A stretch of 64,000 bases of DNA from Actinomycetes bacterium. Its GTDB lineage: Bacteria; Actinomycetota; Acidimicrobiia; Acidimicrobiales; RAAP-2. The stretch spans positions 1,702 through 65,701 of the forward strand of contig JAJYAC010000003.1 of assembly GCA_021779735.1 (NCBI GenBank). Direction: 5' to 3'. The notes under the pieces are model-generated. The model was not told where the DNA came from. It made no database searches and was given only the letters and a program-made list of their open reading frames with translations. Positions 1 to 9,634 of this stretch are shown one piece after another; position 1 is the stretch's first letter; every line of letters begins with the position of its first letter. Both the position numbers and the translations under genes were made by a program.

Positions 1-314
1 AGCATCGAGGTACGCAGCGCCTGGGCCATGCGCACGAACGTGCCCACCCCGCTGAAGAGCTCCTCGCCCCCGGCCGGTCCGCGCGGGTCGAGTCCCTTGG
101 CCTCGCACGCGGCGTCGTTCCACTCCTCGGCGACCGACACCGTATCCGCAACGACGCGCGCGAGCAGTTCGGCGCGCTCGCGCGGCGTGACACGCGCCCA
201 GTCGAGGGCGTGGGCGGCCACGCGCTCGAGCGCCGCGTCGAGGGCGATGGTGTCGACGCCGCCCGCGTCCTGGGCGCCCGACGTCGGCGCGGCCGCTCCT
301 CGAATCTGGGTCAT
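1..314 (-). CDS. Aldehyde dehydrogenase-like protein, N-terminal part (runs off the window edge)
   Basis: Not in the ORF track. Manual translation from ATG at 314 (GGGGAGG upstream) gives MTQIRG...DWARVTPRERAELLARV...WNDAACEAKG...GEELFSG, resembling the ALDH N-terminal W-x4-ERA-LL helix. Confidence 0.55.
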   Translation of the reverse strand, partial: MTQIRGAAAPTSGAQDAGGVDTIALDAALERVAAHALDWARVTPRERAELLARVVADTVSVAEEWNDAACEAKGLDPRGPAGGEELFSGVGTFVRMAQALRTSM

Positions 315-353
315 CGTACTGTCCCTCCCCCGTTGGTATGGGAGACTACCTCG

Positions 354-977
354 GTGAGTTCCGCGTCGCCCCCCGCGCCGCCCGGGTGGTATCCCGATCC
401 CGGCGGCGAGCGCCAGTGGCGCGTGTGGACCGGTTCTCAGTGGTCCGACACCACGCGACCCTTCGCGGCCCCCGAGCGCCCGCAGACGTCTCGCGTCACC
501 ACGCCGCCCTACTACGGGAGCGCGCTTGACGCCGCGCGCCGCTACGGCGTCCTCGCCACCTTCGCCGGCTTGGGACTCCTCGTGGGAGTCCTCGCGCACT
601 GGCCGGGCAGCGCGTCACCTGTGCCGACGTGGTTCGCCCTCGCGGCGTCGAACCTCGCGGTGGGCCTGCTGGCCCTCGGCACGTTCGTCTACGCGCTCGC
701 CGCCCGGGCCCTCACGTCGCGCTGGAGCGTCGCCGGACTCGTTCCCGGGCTCAACGTCGCCTACGTCTCCGGGCTCCTCGGCGAGCGCCTCACCGGCGCG
801 TGGCCCACGCGGCGCGTGGCCTCGGAGGTGATCGTCCTCGTGCTCTTCGTCGTCCAGGCCCACGCCGCGCCCTGGCTGGCCCTCGCCCCCGTGCTCGTGG
901 GCCTCTCTCACTACGGGCTTTTCCAGAGCCTCGCTGAGCAGCCTCGCGCGAGCGGGATCGCGCCGAGCGAGTCCTAG
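354..977 (+). CDS. DUF2510 domain membrane protein
   Basis: PPGWYPDPGG..RVWTGSQWS motif followed by several hydrophobic helices. GTG start at 354 chosen. Confidence 0.75.
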   Translation: MSSASPPAPPGWYPDPGGERQWRVWTGSQWSDTTRPFAAPERPQTSRVTTPPYYGSALDAARRYGVLATFAGLGLLVGVLAHWPGSASPVPTWFALAASNLAVGLLALGTFVYALAARALTSRWSVAGLVPGLNVAYVSGLLGERLTGAWPTRRVASEVIVLVLFVVQAHAAPWLALAPVLVGLSHYGLFQSLAEQPRASGIAPSES

Positions 978-1011
978 GATGTGAAACGGGCGAGGGGCGC
1001 CCACAAAGGAG

Positions 1012-1584
1012 ATGATCATGGCCTTCGAAGAGTGGGGACCGCTCGGTGGACTCATCGGCACCTGGGAGTCCGGCTACGACGGACTTGACGTGTCGTATCA
1101 CAACGACGAGGGAAAGATCGCTGAGACGCCCTACCGCGAGAAGACGACGTTCAAGAACTTCGGTCCCGTGGACAACGGCGACCAGCACCTCTACGGACTC
1201 GACTACCGCACCGCGGCCTACCGCGAGGGCGAGGACAATCCGTTCCACACCGAGGTCGGCTACTGGATGTGGGACGCGACCGAGAAGCAAGTCATGCGCT
1301 GCTTCATGGTGCCGCGCGCTCAAGTACTGATCGCCGGGGCCACGGTCGAAGCCGACGCGACCTCCTTTCGCCTCGAGTCGGTCCTGGGATCAAACACCTA
1401 CGGCATCCTCTCGAATCCCTACCTGGATCGCATCGCCCACACCACGCGCTTCGACGTGACGATCACCATCGACGGCGACACGTTCTCCTACGACGAGACC
1501 ACCGTCGTCGAGCACAAGAAGTGGCCCACCGTGATCATGCACACCGACCGCAATACCCTGAAGCGAGTCAGCTGGGAGGCCTAG
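1012..1584 (+). CDS. Nitrobindin/THAP4-like heme-binding beta-barrel protein (DUF1794)
   Basis: GPL..LIGTW, YRE..F, FHTEVGYW, C-terminal HTDRNTL His ligand. AAGGAG RBS. Confidence 0.8.
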   Translation: MIMAFEEWGPLGGLIGTWESGYDGLDVSYHNDEGKIAETPYREKTTFKNFGPVDNGDQHLYGLDYRTAAYREGEDNPFHTEVGYWMWDATEKQVMRCFMVPRAQVLIAGATVEADATSFRLESVLGSNTYGILSNPYLDRIAHTTRFDVTITIDGDTFSYDETTVVEHKKWPTVIMHTDRNTLKRVSWEA

Positions 1585-1587
1585 GCC

Positions 1588-2817
1588 GTGTTCGAGTGGT
1601 CCGACGAACACCGCGCGATCCGCGACGCCCTTCGGCGCTTCGTAGACGAGCAGATTCGACCACGACTCGACGACCTTGAACACCACGGCGAGCCACCCTA
1701 CGAGGTGCTGCGCCTCCTCTATCGCACCTTCGGAATCCGCGAGATGGCGCTCGAGAGCTTCGAGCGTCAACTCGAGCGCAAGATCCGCGCCACCGAGCAG
1801 AGCGAGCCCGCCGGTGAGCAACGCGAGCGGGCCAGTGATCCGGCGGCGTCGCTCCTCTCGACGATCGAATTGTGCCGGGTCAGTCCGGGTCTCGTCACCT
1901 CGCTCGGCGTCTCGGTGGGACTCGCCGCGGGGACGATCAACAAGCTCGGCACTCCCGTGCAAATGGAACGCTGGGGTCGCGACCTGGTGGCCCTCGACAC
2001 GGTCGGGGCCTGGGCGCTGACCGAGCCCGACTCTGGCTCGGACGCTTTGGGCGGCATGCGCACGAGCGCCACGCGCGTCGAGGGCGGCTACGTACTCAAC
2101 GGACAGAAGACCTGGATCACGAACGGCCCCTACGCCGACACCCTTGTGCTCTACGCGAAGCTCGACGACGGCACGGGTCTGGATGTGCGTTCGCGCCCGG
2201 TACTCGCCTTCGTCCTCGAGCGTGGCATGGACGGTCTCGACCAGCGCGCGCCCATGCGCAAGATGGGCCAGCACGCCTCACCCACCGGCGACGTCTTTCT
2301 TAGCGACGTCTTCGTCTCGGCCGACCGACTTCTCGGCGAGTCGGAGTCGGCCCGCGGTGGCGGGCGCACCAGCGCCAAAGACAACTTCGTGACCGAACGC
2401 GCGGGCGTGGCGGCGATGTCCCTGGGCATCATCGAGGAGTGCCTGCGCCTGAGCGTGGACTACGCGCGCACGCGTACGCTCTGGGGCCAGCCGATCGGCG
2501 ACTACCAGTTAGTGCAGTTGAAGCTGGCCCAGATGGAGGTGGCGCGCGTGAACGTCGCCAACCTCGTCTTCTCTCACGTAGAGCGCAGTCTCGCCGGCGC
2601 GACACCCACTCTGGCCGAAGCCTCGGCGATGAAGCTCTACGCGGCCCAGGCCGCTTGCCAGGTGGCCGACGACGCCATCCAAGTCTTTGGTGGCAACGGC
2701 TACGTGACCGAGTACCGCGTCGAGCAGTTGAGCCGCGACGCGCGAGTGCTGCGCATCTACGCCGGCACCGACGAGATGCAGGTCGTGGCTATCGCGAAGG
2801 ATCTTCTCGCCCGCTAA
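1588..2817 (+). CDS. Acyl-CoA dehydrogenase
   Basis: WALTEPDSGSD, LNGQKTWITNG, IQVFGGNGY, IYAGTDEMQ motifs. Confidence 0.92.
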   Translation: MFEWSDEHRAIRDALRRFVDEQIRPRLDDLEHHGEPPYEVLRLLYRTFGIREMALESFERQLERKIRATEQSEPAGEQRERASDPAASLLSTIELCRVSPGLVTSLGVSVGLAAGTINKLGTPVQMERWGRDLVALDTVGAWALTEPDSGSDALGGMRTSATRVEGGYVLNGQKTWITNGPYADTLVLYAKLDDGTGLDVRSRPVLAFVLERGMDGLDQRAPMRKMGQHASPTGDVFLSDVFVSADRLLGESESARGGGRTSAKDNFVTERAGVAAMSLGIIEECLRLSVDYARTRTLWGQPIGDYQLVQLKLAQMEVARVNVANLVFSHVERSLAGATPTLAEASAMKLYAAQAACQVADDAIQVFGGNGYVTEYRVEQLSRDARVLRIYAGTDEMQVVAIAKDLLAR

Positions 2818-2839
2818 GACCGCGATGGCACCGTCCCTC

Positions 2840-3646
2840 CTAGGCACCGACGTCGAGAAGGGCGCGCAGTTTCTGGGCCACCCCCACCCAACCCTTGTAA
2901 CCGCGCGTCGCCTCCGGTGCGCTCTCCACACTGGCGAGCAGGTGAGTCACGAAGCGCGCGTCGCCCAGTGACGCCGCGAGTGGCGTCACGTAGGTGCGAA
3001 TCGTGAAGATGATCGCGTCGCTGCGCGGCAGGCGTCGAATCGTCTGACGCTCGACGCGAAAGAACCACTGGTCGATCGGCGCGGCGCCCGCGGCGCGCGC
3101 CGCCGCCGGCTGAAAGAGGTCGGGTGAGTCGAGCAGAGTCCAGTTGAGGCGCCAAAACGAACGCTCGGGCGTGAGTCGGTCGAAGACGGCGCGCGTGGGC
3201 GCCGCCAGGCTCGTGTCGTAGCCGGGTACCGGTCGGTGGATCTCATCTACGGTTGTGCCCACCTTTTCGCGTAAGCGCCAGCGCGAGGGAAAGCACACGC
3301 AGGCGCCGGCGAGGCGCCACTCGTCGGTGCGCACCATCACGCACAGGTCCTCTTGGACCACGCGCGCCGCCGCCACCAAGGGGTGCTCGCGTTCGTCACT
3401 CGACCACGCCAGTTGGGGGTGCTGGACCCTCAGAAACGCGGTGACCTCCTCGAGCAGCTCGCCACTCGCGGCCTCGGCCGCCGGCGTGAGGCCCACCACG
3501 TCATCGCGACGAGTGGCGAGCAGCGCCTCTTTCAACGCGAGCTCGGTGTGACGATTCTCGTCGACTTCGAGCCAGTCCTCGGGCGCGAGTGGACGCAGGC
3601 CCATCGCGAGGCGCCAGCCCCGCGCGTCGAGGGGCACGTACCTCAT
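2840..3646 (-). CDS. DUF3445 / heme-dependent oxidative N-demethylase alpha subunit-like protein
   Basis: MGLRPL..DWLE, VQEDLCVM, CFPSRW, IHRPVPGY, RLNW, RVERQT.RRLP, FTIRTY motifs. Confidence 0.85.
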   Translation of the reverse strand: MRYVPLDARGWRLAMGLRPLAPEDWLEVDENRHTELALKEALLATRRDDVVGLTPAAEAASGELLEEVTAFLRVQHPQLAWSSDEREHPLVAAARVVQEDLCVMVRTDEWRLAGACVCFPSRWRLREKVGTTVDEIHRPVPGYDTSLAAPTRAVFDRLTPERSFWRLNWTLLDSPDLFQPAAARAAGAAPIDQWFFRVERQTIRRLPRSDAIIFTIRTYVTPLAASLGDARFVTHLLASVESAPEATRGYKGWVGVAQKLRALLDVGA

Positions 3647-3741
3647 CGGTGTCGGCGCAACCACCAAAAGATCGACAGCAGCGTGAGCGGGATGAGAACG
3701 ATGACGACGCGCGCGTAGGGCAGCGGGACTCCCCGATGCAC
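3643..3741 (-). CDS. Small 32-aa single-TM peptide (MHRGVPLPYARVVIVLIPLTLLSIFWWLRRHR)
   Basis: GTG..TGA ORF below the track cutoff. Hydrophobic core with basic tail. Stop overlaps the DUF3445 start (ATGA). Confidence 0.45.
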   Translation of the reverse strand: MHRGVPLPYARVVIVLIPLTLLSIFWWLRRHR

Positions 3742-3783
3742 GTTGGTGAGAGTGGTTAGAGCGGCGAGATCCACCTCGCCACG

Positions 3784-4260
3784 CTAGGCCGTGGCCGCGG
3801 GCGGAGGTGGTACGGCGGCGGCCAGGCGCTCGAGGATGTCCGATATTGCCTGGTCCTGGGCGAGGAGGTGCTTTTGGATCTCCTCGGACTCCTTGAGGAC
3901 CGCCTCGGCGTCCTTGTATGTGTCCTCCGCGCGCTTGTCCGCCGTGGCCGCCTGGATGTTCTGACCCACGATGATGATGGGCAGTAGCACGAGCTGCAGA
4001 AAGCTCGACGACAGCCAGACAATGACGTAGTAGGTACCCTGGTGCACCGCCGAGGGCAAAGCGAAGAGGGCGAGCACGGTGAAGAGGTACGCCGCCCACA
4101 TCGTGCCGACGATGAGAGTGATCTTGAGGCCGAACCGCGCGTTGAAACGCACGAACACGTTGCGGTGGTCGAGGCGACGTACGTCGGTGGACTTGACCGG
4201 TCGACCCTCGCGCAACTCTTGAGCGCGCGGATGATGCCGGTATTCATAGATCTTTACCAT
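3784..4260 (-). CDS. DUF1003-like membrane protein
   Basis: VGTMW..Y.F, LQLVLLPIIIVGQN..A..D.RAE motif, two TM helices plus coiled coil. Confidence 0.7.
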   Translation of the reverse strand: MVKIYEYRHHPRAQELREGRPVKSTDVRRLDHRNVFVRFNARFGLKITLIVGTMWAAYLFTVLALFALPSAVHQGTYYVIVWLSSSFLQLVLLPIIIVGQNIQAATADKRAEDTYKDAEAVLKESEEIQKHLLAQDQAISDILERLAAAVPPPPAATA

Positions 4261-4302
4261 GAGCCGAGTCTCACACGGCTACGTGGCGCGAGATGGTATT
4301 AC

Positions 4303-5502
4303 TCAGTCGTTCTTCATCAGGTCCGGGGACGTCTCCATGCCCGCACGCCAGGTGGAGCGCGCGATGATCTTCGTCGTGTCAGCGCGTTCGCGGTACTTCT
4401 GGGCGACGTCGCGCACTTCTTCGAGGAGACCCTCAGAGAGGTACGTCGGGTTCAGGCCGAGGGCCATGAATCGGTCGCGGCTGACGTTGAGGTCGTTTTC
4501 GGCGGCCTCGCGGCGCGGGTTGGGCAAGTTCGCGATCTCCACGCCCGTCAGTCGGGAAATCAGCTCTGCGAGGTCGCGCACGCGATACGTCTCGGTCACC
4601 TGATTGAAGACCATCGGCTTCTCGCCTCGCGCGGGCGGATTCTCCAGGGCGATCTGGATGCAGCGCACGGTGTCGCGAATGTGGATGAAGGCCCTCGTCT
4701 GGCCACCGGTGCCGTGCACCGTGAGCGGGTGGCCGATGGCGGCCTGCATCAGGAAGCGGTTGAGAACCGTGCCGTAGTCGCCGTCGTAGTCGAAGCGGTT
4801 GATGAGCCGCTCGTCGAGCGCCGTCTGGGGAGTCTGCGTGCCCCAAACGATGCCCTGGTGCAGGTCGGTAATGCGAATTTGGTCGTTCGCCGCGTAGAAG
4901 GTGAAGAGGAGCTGGTCGAGCGTCTTGGTGAGGTGATACACCGAACCGGGGTTCGCGGGGTGGAGGATCTCGCGCTCGATGTCACCGTCGGGCGTGGGGA
5001 CCTTGACGGTGAGATACCCCTCGGGGATCGGTGCCGAACCCGACCAGCCGTAGCCGTAGACCCCCATGGTGCCCAGGTGCACGAGCGCGACGTCGAGGCC
5101 CGAGGCCACGATCGCCGCCAGCACGTTGTGCGTGCCGCGCACGTTGTTGTCCACGGTGTAGCGCTTGGCGGCGTTCGAGCGCATCGAGTAGGGCGCGCTG
5201 CGCTGTTCACCGAAGTGCACGATCGCCTCGGGGCGCAGCTCGTGCAGCAGGTTCTCAAACCGGTCGTACTCGGTCGCGAGGTCGAGGTTGATGAAGCCGA
5301 TCTCTTGACCGGTCAATTCCTTCCAGACGCGGATTCGCTCACCAATGGGGCGAATGGGAGTGAGTGAATCCACCTCGAGCTCGAGGTCGATCGCCCGGCG
5401 GCTGAGATTGTCGATCACGATGACCTCGTGACCAGCGTCGGCCAAGTGCAGCGACGTCGGCCATCCGCAGAAGCCGTCTCCCCCGAGTACGAGAACCTTC
5501 AC
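4303..5502 (-). CDS. sqdB: UDP-sulfoquinovose synthase
   Basis: GGDGFCGWPTSLHL, HFGEQRSAPYSM, HLGTMGVYGY, YHLTK, DLHQGIVWG, INRFDYDGDYGTVLNRF motifs. Confidence 0.93.
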   Translation of the reverse strand: MKVLVLGGDGFCGWPTSLHLADAGHEVIVIDNLSRRAIDLELEVDSLTPIRPIGERIRVWKELTGQEIGFINLDLATEYDRFENLLHELRPEAIVHFGEQRSAPYSMRSNAAKRYTVDNNVRGTHNVLAAIVASGLDVALVHLGTMGVYGYGWSGSAPIPEGYLTVKVPTPDGDIEREILHPANPGSVYHLTKTLDQLLFTFYAANDQIRITDLHQGIVWGTQTPQTALDERLINRFDYDGDYGTVLNRFLMQAAIGHPLTVHGTGGQTRAFIHIRDTVRCIQIALENPPARGEKPMVFNQVTETYRVRDLAELISRLTGVEIANLPNPRREAAENDLNVSRDRFMALGLNPTYLSEGLLEEVRDVAQKYRERADTTKIIARSTWRAGMETSPDLMKND

Positions 5503-5812
5503 TGAACACTCCTTCGCGCGTGGCCCAAGCCAGGACCCAGAGACCGATGGCGAAATCGATCGGAAGCAACCCTACCAAACGCGCTACCCGGGCCCACCCT
5601 CCCGGACCGGGTCACACGACCCACTCTCGTTGAGCCGATGTCTCAAAACATCGAGTTGATCAGGAGACACGCACGAAGCACCTAGGTGAACGTCGAGTCG
5701 CGCGAGAGGGCCCGGGCCGCACCGGCGCCGGCGTGGCGCCGGGAGCGTGACGCCCCTTGAGTCTCGGGTGACTCATCCCTATACTCGGCGTGCACCGCGT
5801 CGAAGGGCGACT

Positions 5813-7336
5813 ATGAGCCCACACAGAGAACCAGTCTCCGGTATCGGCGAGGGTCTGACGTGGCTCGCCGATCCACGCTACGTCTCCGATCAGATCCCCG
5901 TGGGCATGATTATCATCGACGAGAACCTGCACATCCTCGACCTCAACCACGCTGGTCTGTCGATCCTGGGCGCCACCGAGGGCGACGACGGGGCGATTTC
6001 ACTGCGCTACCCGCTCGGCGATGTGGTCAAGCCCGACGGCACGCTGTTCGCCAAGGACGAGTTGCCCCTCGTCGTTACCCTGCGTTCCGGCGAGGAGCGC
6101 CACGGCGTTCTCATGGGAACCTCAAACCTCCACCGCGCGCGCCGCTGGATACTCGTTGACACGACACCCGTCGCGTTGACCGACTCCACGAGAGGTGCGC
6201 TCGCGTCCTTCGTGGACATCAGCGAGGCCTACCGAGGACGGCTCGCCCTCGAACTCATCAATGCGGTGAACCACATCGTCATGAACGCTCGCGACGAGGA
6301 CGAGTGTCTTCAGGACATCTGCGAGGCGTTCATCTCACCGGGCAACTACGCCCTCGCGTGGGTGGGCGTCGCCGCACCAGACGTGGACGGCGTTGACGTT
6401 TTGTGCGCCGCGGGTGCACGCGACTACCTGACGGAGGGAATGATCTCCTGGTGGGGCACCGAAGATAGCGGGCGCGGTCCCACCGGAACGGCCCTGCGAA
6501 CGGGAGAGACGCAGACCTGTGAGAATCTGCCGGACAAGGCCGTCCTGGCCACGTGGCGTGAGCGCGCCACAAAGTACGGACTCGGCTCTTCGGTCGCACT
6601 GCCCTTCTCGTACCGGGGCCAGCGGGCGTGCCTTACGGTCTACAGCGCCGACCGCTTCTGGTTCGACGAGATGACCGTGCACAGCCTCGAGTCAGTGGTG
6701 CGAGAGATGTCCTTTGGCCTCAATCACGTGCGCTCGGTGCAACAGCTCGCCGCCGCCTTCGACGGCACGCTCGGCGCGCTCAGCGAGATGACCGAACGCC
6801 GCGATCCCTACACCGCCGGTCACCAGAGCCGCGTGGGCATCCTCAGCGCGGCCATCGCAACGAGGCTCGGACTCGGCGACGACGTGGTTCAACTCATCCA
6901 ACGAAGCGCCGAGGTCCACGACATTGGCAAGGTAGCCGTGCCCACCGAGATCCTCACGCGCCCGGGACGACTCTCGGCGGTCGAGTTCGACATGGTCAAA
7001 ACGCACTGCGAGGTGGGCCACGATATCCTCATGCGCGCCAGCCTCCCTTGGCCGATCGCCGACGTCGCCTGGCAGCACCACGAGCGCGCCGACGGCTCGG
7101 GCTACCCGCTCGGACTCATGTTGAGTGCGATCTCACCACCCGCACGCATTGTCGCCGTCGCCGACGTCGTCGAGGCGATGACGAACCACCGGCCCTATCG
7201 ACCTGGTCTCGGACTCGAGGAGGCCCTCGGTGAGATCCGCGCGGGAGCGGGGATACGCTACGACGCCGACGTCGCGTCCGTCTGCCTGACGCTCTTCGCC
7301 GAAGGCTTCTCCTTCGACGCCGTCGCGAGGGAGTAG
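5813..7336 (+). CDS. PAS-GAF-HD-GYP cyclic-dinucleotide phosphodiesterase
   Basis: RDPYTAGHQSRV, HDIGK, HHERADGSGYP, IVAVADV.EAM..RPYR. PAS- and GAF-like N-terminal regions. Confidence 0.9.
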   Translation: MSPHREPVSGIGEGLTWLADPRYVSDQIPVGMIIIDENLHILDLNHAGLSILGATEGDDGAISLRYPLGDVVKPDGTLFAKDELPLVVTLRSGEERHGVLMGTSNLHRARRWILVDTTPVALTDSTRGALASFVDISEAYRGRLALELINAVNHIVMNARDEDECLQDICEAFISPGNYALAWVGVAAPDVDGVDVLCAAGARDYLTEGMISWWGTEDSGRGPTGTALRTGETQTCENLPDKAVLATWRERATKYGLGSSVALPFSYRGQRACLTVYSADRFWFDEMTVHSLESVVREMSFGLNHVRSVQQLAAAFDGTLGALSEMTERRDPYTAGHQSRVGILSAAIATRLGLGDDVVQLIQRSAEVHDIGKVAVPTEILTRPGRLSAVEFDMVKTHCEVGHDILMRASLPWPIADVAWQHHERADGSGYPLGLMLSAISPPARIVAVADVVEAMTNHRPYRPGLGLEEALGEIRAGAGIRYDADVASVCLTLFAEGFSFDAVARE

Positions 7337-7341
7337 CGCAG

Positions 7342-8142
7342 CTACTCGCCTCCGTGGGCGTAGTGCTGGTCGAACCAGATCGCCTCGACCGGCTCGGCGC
7401 CGACGTTGCACAGGCGATGGGGGATCTCGGAGTCGAACGAGATCGAGTCGCCGGCCACCATGCGGTACGTCTCGAAACCCAATGTCACCTCTAGGGTGCC
7501 CGAGATCACGAAACCGTACTCAGTGCCGGCGTGGCGAACGAGACGTCCGTCGGACGTCGAACTTCCTCCCACGTCGTAGCGCACGAACATGAAGTCAGAG
7601 TGCGTGTGGTTCGTCGCCGTGAGGCGCTGCCACGTGACCCCGGAGTCCAGTACCAGCGCCCGACGCTCGTGGGGCAGGACCAGCGGCGAGTGCGTCCGCT
7701 CGTCGCCCGACGTTCCTCCCCACCCCTTCAACAAGGTGTCGCGCAAACCCGTGCTCGTACTCACCCCTCGTTCGACCACCGTCTCGACGGCGGCCACTTC
7801 ACCACGCGCCGGCGCCGACTCCGCGGCGAAGAGCTCGTCGATCGACATGTCGAGGGCGGCGCAGATTGAGTACAAGGTGGCGACGGAGGGCTTGGCTTTG
7901 CCCGTCTCGAGCTGGGAGATGAACGACGCGGACACGTCGAGTTGCCGCGCGAACTGGCGAAGGGAAATCCCCCGCGTCTCGCGTCTCGCTCGAAGGCGCG
8001 CGCCCACCGAATCTGACGTGGCGCGCTCGGCGGCCACCCGCACATCATCGTGGGCCAGCGCGACGGGCGACTCGAGGCGAGCGCGGCGCGTGACGGCCGC
8101 GACGCTCTCAACGTCGCCGGTGCCCATCTCGCCCGTCACCAT
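7342..8142 (-). CDS. XRE-family HTH plus cupin transcriptional regulator
   Basis: SLRQFARQLDVSASFISQLETGKAKPSV HTH, C-terminal cupin (HAGTEYG, FDSEIPH). GGAGG RBS. Confidence 0.88.
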   Translation of the reverse strand: MVTGEMGTGDVESVAAVTRRARLESPVALAHDDVRVAAERATSDSVGARLRARRETRGISLRQFARQLDVSASFISQLETGKAKPSVATLYSICAALDMSIDELFAAESAPARGEVAAVETVVERGVSTSTGLRDTLLKGWGGTSGDERTHSPLVLPHERRALVLDSGVTWQRLTATNHTHSDFMFVRYDVGGSSTSDGRLVRHAGTEYGFVISGTLEVTLGFETYRMVAGDSISFDSEIPHRLCNVGAEPVEAIWFDQHYAHGGE

Positions 8143-8257
8143 GTCGCTATCCCTCCGCCAGGTCGACCGGCAGATAACTACGTCGACTCTCCACCGTGAT
8201 CGGCAGTTTACCCACGGGCGCCTACCCTCCAAGAAGTTCGACGCGCCGAGCGAGCGA

Positions 8258-9604
8258 TCACTCGCCGCGGCCCCAGGGCGTGTTGAGGTTCGACTGCGAC
8301 TCACGTAGGTCACTGAGGGTGCCCCCGGCGGCGTAGTAACGCTTGCCGGCGACGAGGAGCTCTTCGGCGGGAAACTTCGTAATGACTTCACAACCCGTGG
8401 CCGTGACGACGACCTCTTCCTCGATGCGCGCCGCCGACCAGCCATCCTTGGCCGGCCAGTACGTCTCGAGGGCGAAGACCATCCCCTCTTCGAGTACCTC
8501 GGGGTGCTCGAAAGAGATCATGCGACTGAAGATCGGGCGCTCCCAGATCGACAGGCCGATCCCGTGTCCGTACTGCAGTCCAAAGGCCGCCTCTTCGGAA
8601 GCGAAGCCGAACTCCTCGGCCCGGGGCCACACGGCGACGATGTCGGCGGTCGTCACGCCGGGCTTGACCATGGCGATCGCGGTGTCGATGAGTTCACGGC
8701 ACTTGGTGTACGCGTCGCGCTGGGCGACCGACGCGCTGCCGACGGCGAAGGTGCGGTAGTAGCAGGTCCGGTACCCGTTGAAGCTGTGCAGGATGTCAAA
8801 GAACGCCGGGTCGCCGGGGCGAATGAGTCGATCGCTGTAGACGTGGGGGTGCGGCGAGCAGCGCTCACCGGAGATGGCGTTGACCCCCTCGACGTGCTCG
8901 CTGCCGAGGTCGTAGAGCGTCTTGTTCACCACCGCCACGCACTCGTTCTCACGCACGCCGGCGCGCAGGAACGTGTAGAGCTCCTCGTAGGCCGCGTCAA
9001 CCATCGACGCCGCCTGGGTCAGCAGAGTGATCTCGTCCTTGGTCTTGAGGCGCCGCGCGGCGAGGAAGACCTGCTGGCCGTCGACGAGGGTGATGCCCTC
9101 CTTGGCGAACGCACTCAGTACCGGCATCTCGATGACGTCCACGCCGACGGGCTCGTTCTGCAGACCGTACTGGTGCAAGACTTCCTTGATCTTGCTCGCC
9201 ACGTCGCCCGCGCGGTCGGCGCCAGGAGGAATCGCGCCGCGCAAGGTGGAGAGACCGGCCCGCGCACCCTCGTAGGGAACCTGGGAACCGTCGGGAAGGA
9301 CCTGCACGCCGCTCAGCCACGGGTTGTAGAGCTGGTGGTGGCGCGCGGCCGAACCGAAGTCCCACACGATGGGCTTGCCGCCGCGTGGCAGCAGCGCGAA
9401 GCGAATCAACTTGTCCATGGCCCACGTACCGATGTGGGTGCCGGTCATGTAACGGATGTTGTGAAAGTCGAAGGTCAGCAGCGCACCGAGATCCGAGCGC
9501 TCGAGTTCGGCCTGCAGGCGCGCCAAGCGCTCCTCACGCAGGCGCGGCATATCGACGCGGCTCTCCCAGTCGACGTTATTCGTGCCGTGTGTGTGAATTC
9601 CCAT
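8258..9604 (-). CDS. M24 (Xaa-Pro peptidase/creatinase fold) family hydrolase
   Basis: Creatinase-like N-domain, R.LKTKDEI, GHGIGL, LEEGMVFALE, RIEEEVVVT. Confidence 0.85.
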   Translation of the reverse strand: MGIHTHGTNNVDWESRVDMPRLREERLARLQAELERSDLGALLTFDFHNIRYMTGTHIGTWAMDKLIRFALLPRGGKPIVWDFGSAARHHQLYNPWLSGVQVLPDGSQVPYEGARAGLSTLRGAIPPGADRAGDVASKIKEVLHQYGLQNEPVGVDVIEMPVLSAFAKEGITLVDGQQVFLAARRLKTKDEITLLTQAASMVDAAYEELYTFLRAGVRENECVAVVNKTLYDLGSEHVEGVNAISGERCSPHPHVYSDRLIRPGDPAFFDILHSFNGYRTCYYRTFAVGSASVAQRDAYTKCRELIDTAIAMVKPGVTTADIVAVWPRAEEFGFASEEAAFGLQYGHGIGLSIWERPIFSRMISFEHPEVLEEGMVFALETYWPAKDGWSAARIEEEVVVTATGCEVITKFPAEELLVAGKRYYAAGGTLSDLRESQSNLNTPWGRGE

Positions 9605-9634
9605 TCTCTCTCCTCAGTCGATACGGGCTAGGTC

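Noticed and set aside
4042-5367. Long antisense ORFs (also 8504-9631, 13925-14905, 49479-50630, 56058-57050)
   Set aside because: They are in-register mirrors of well-supported genes, as expected in high-GC DNA, and show no recognisable motifs.
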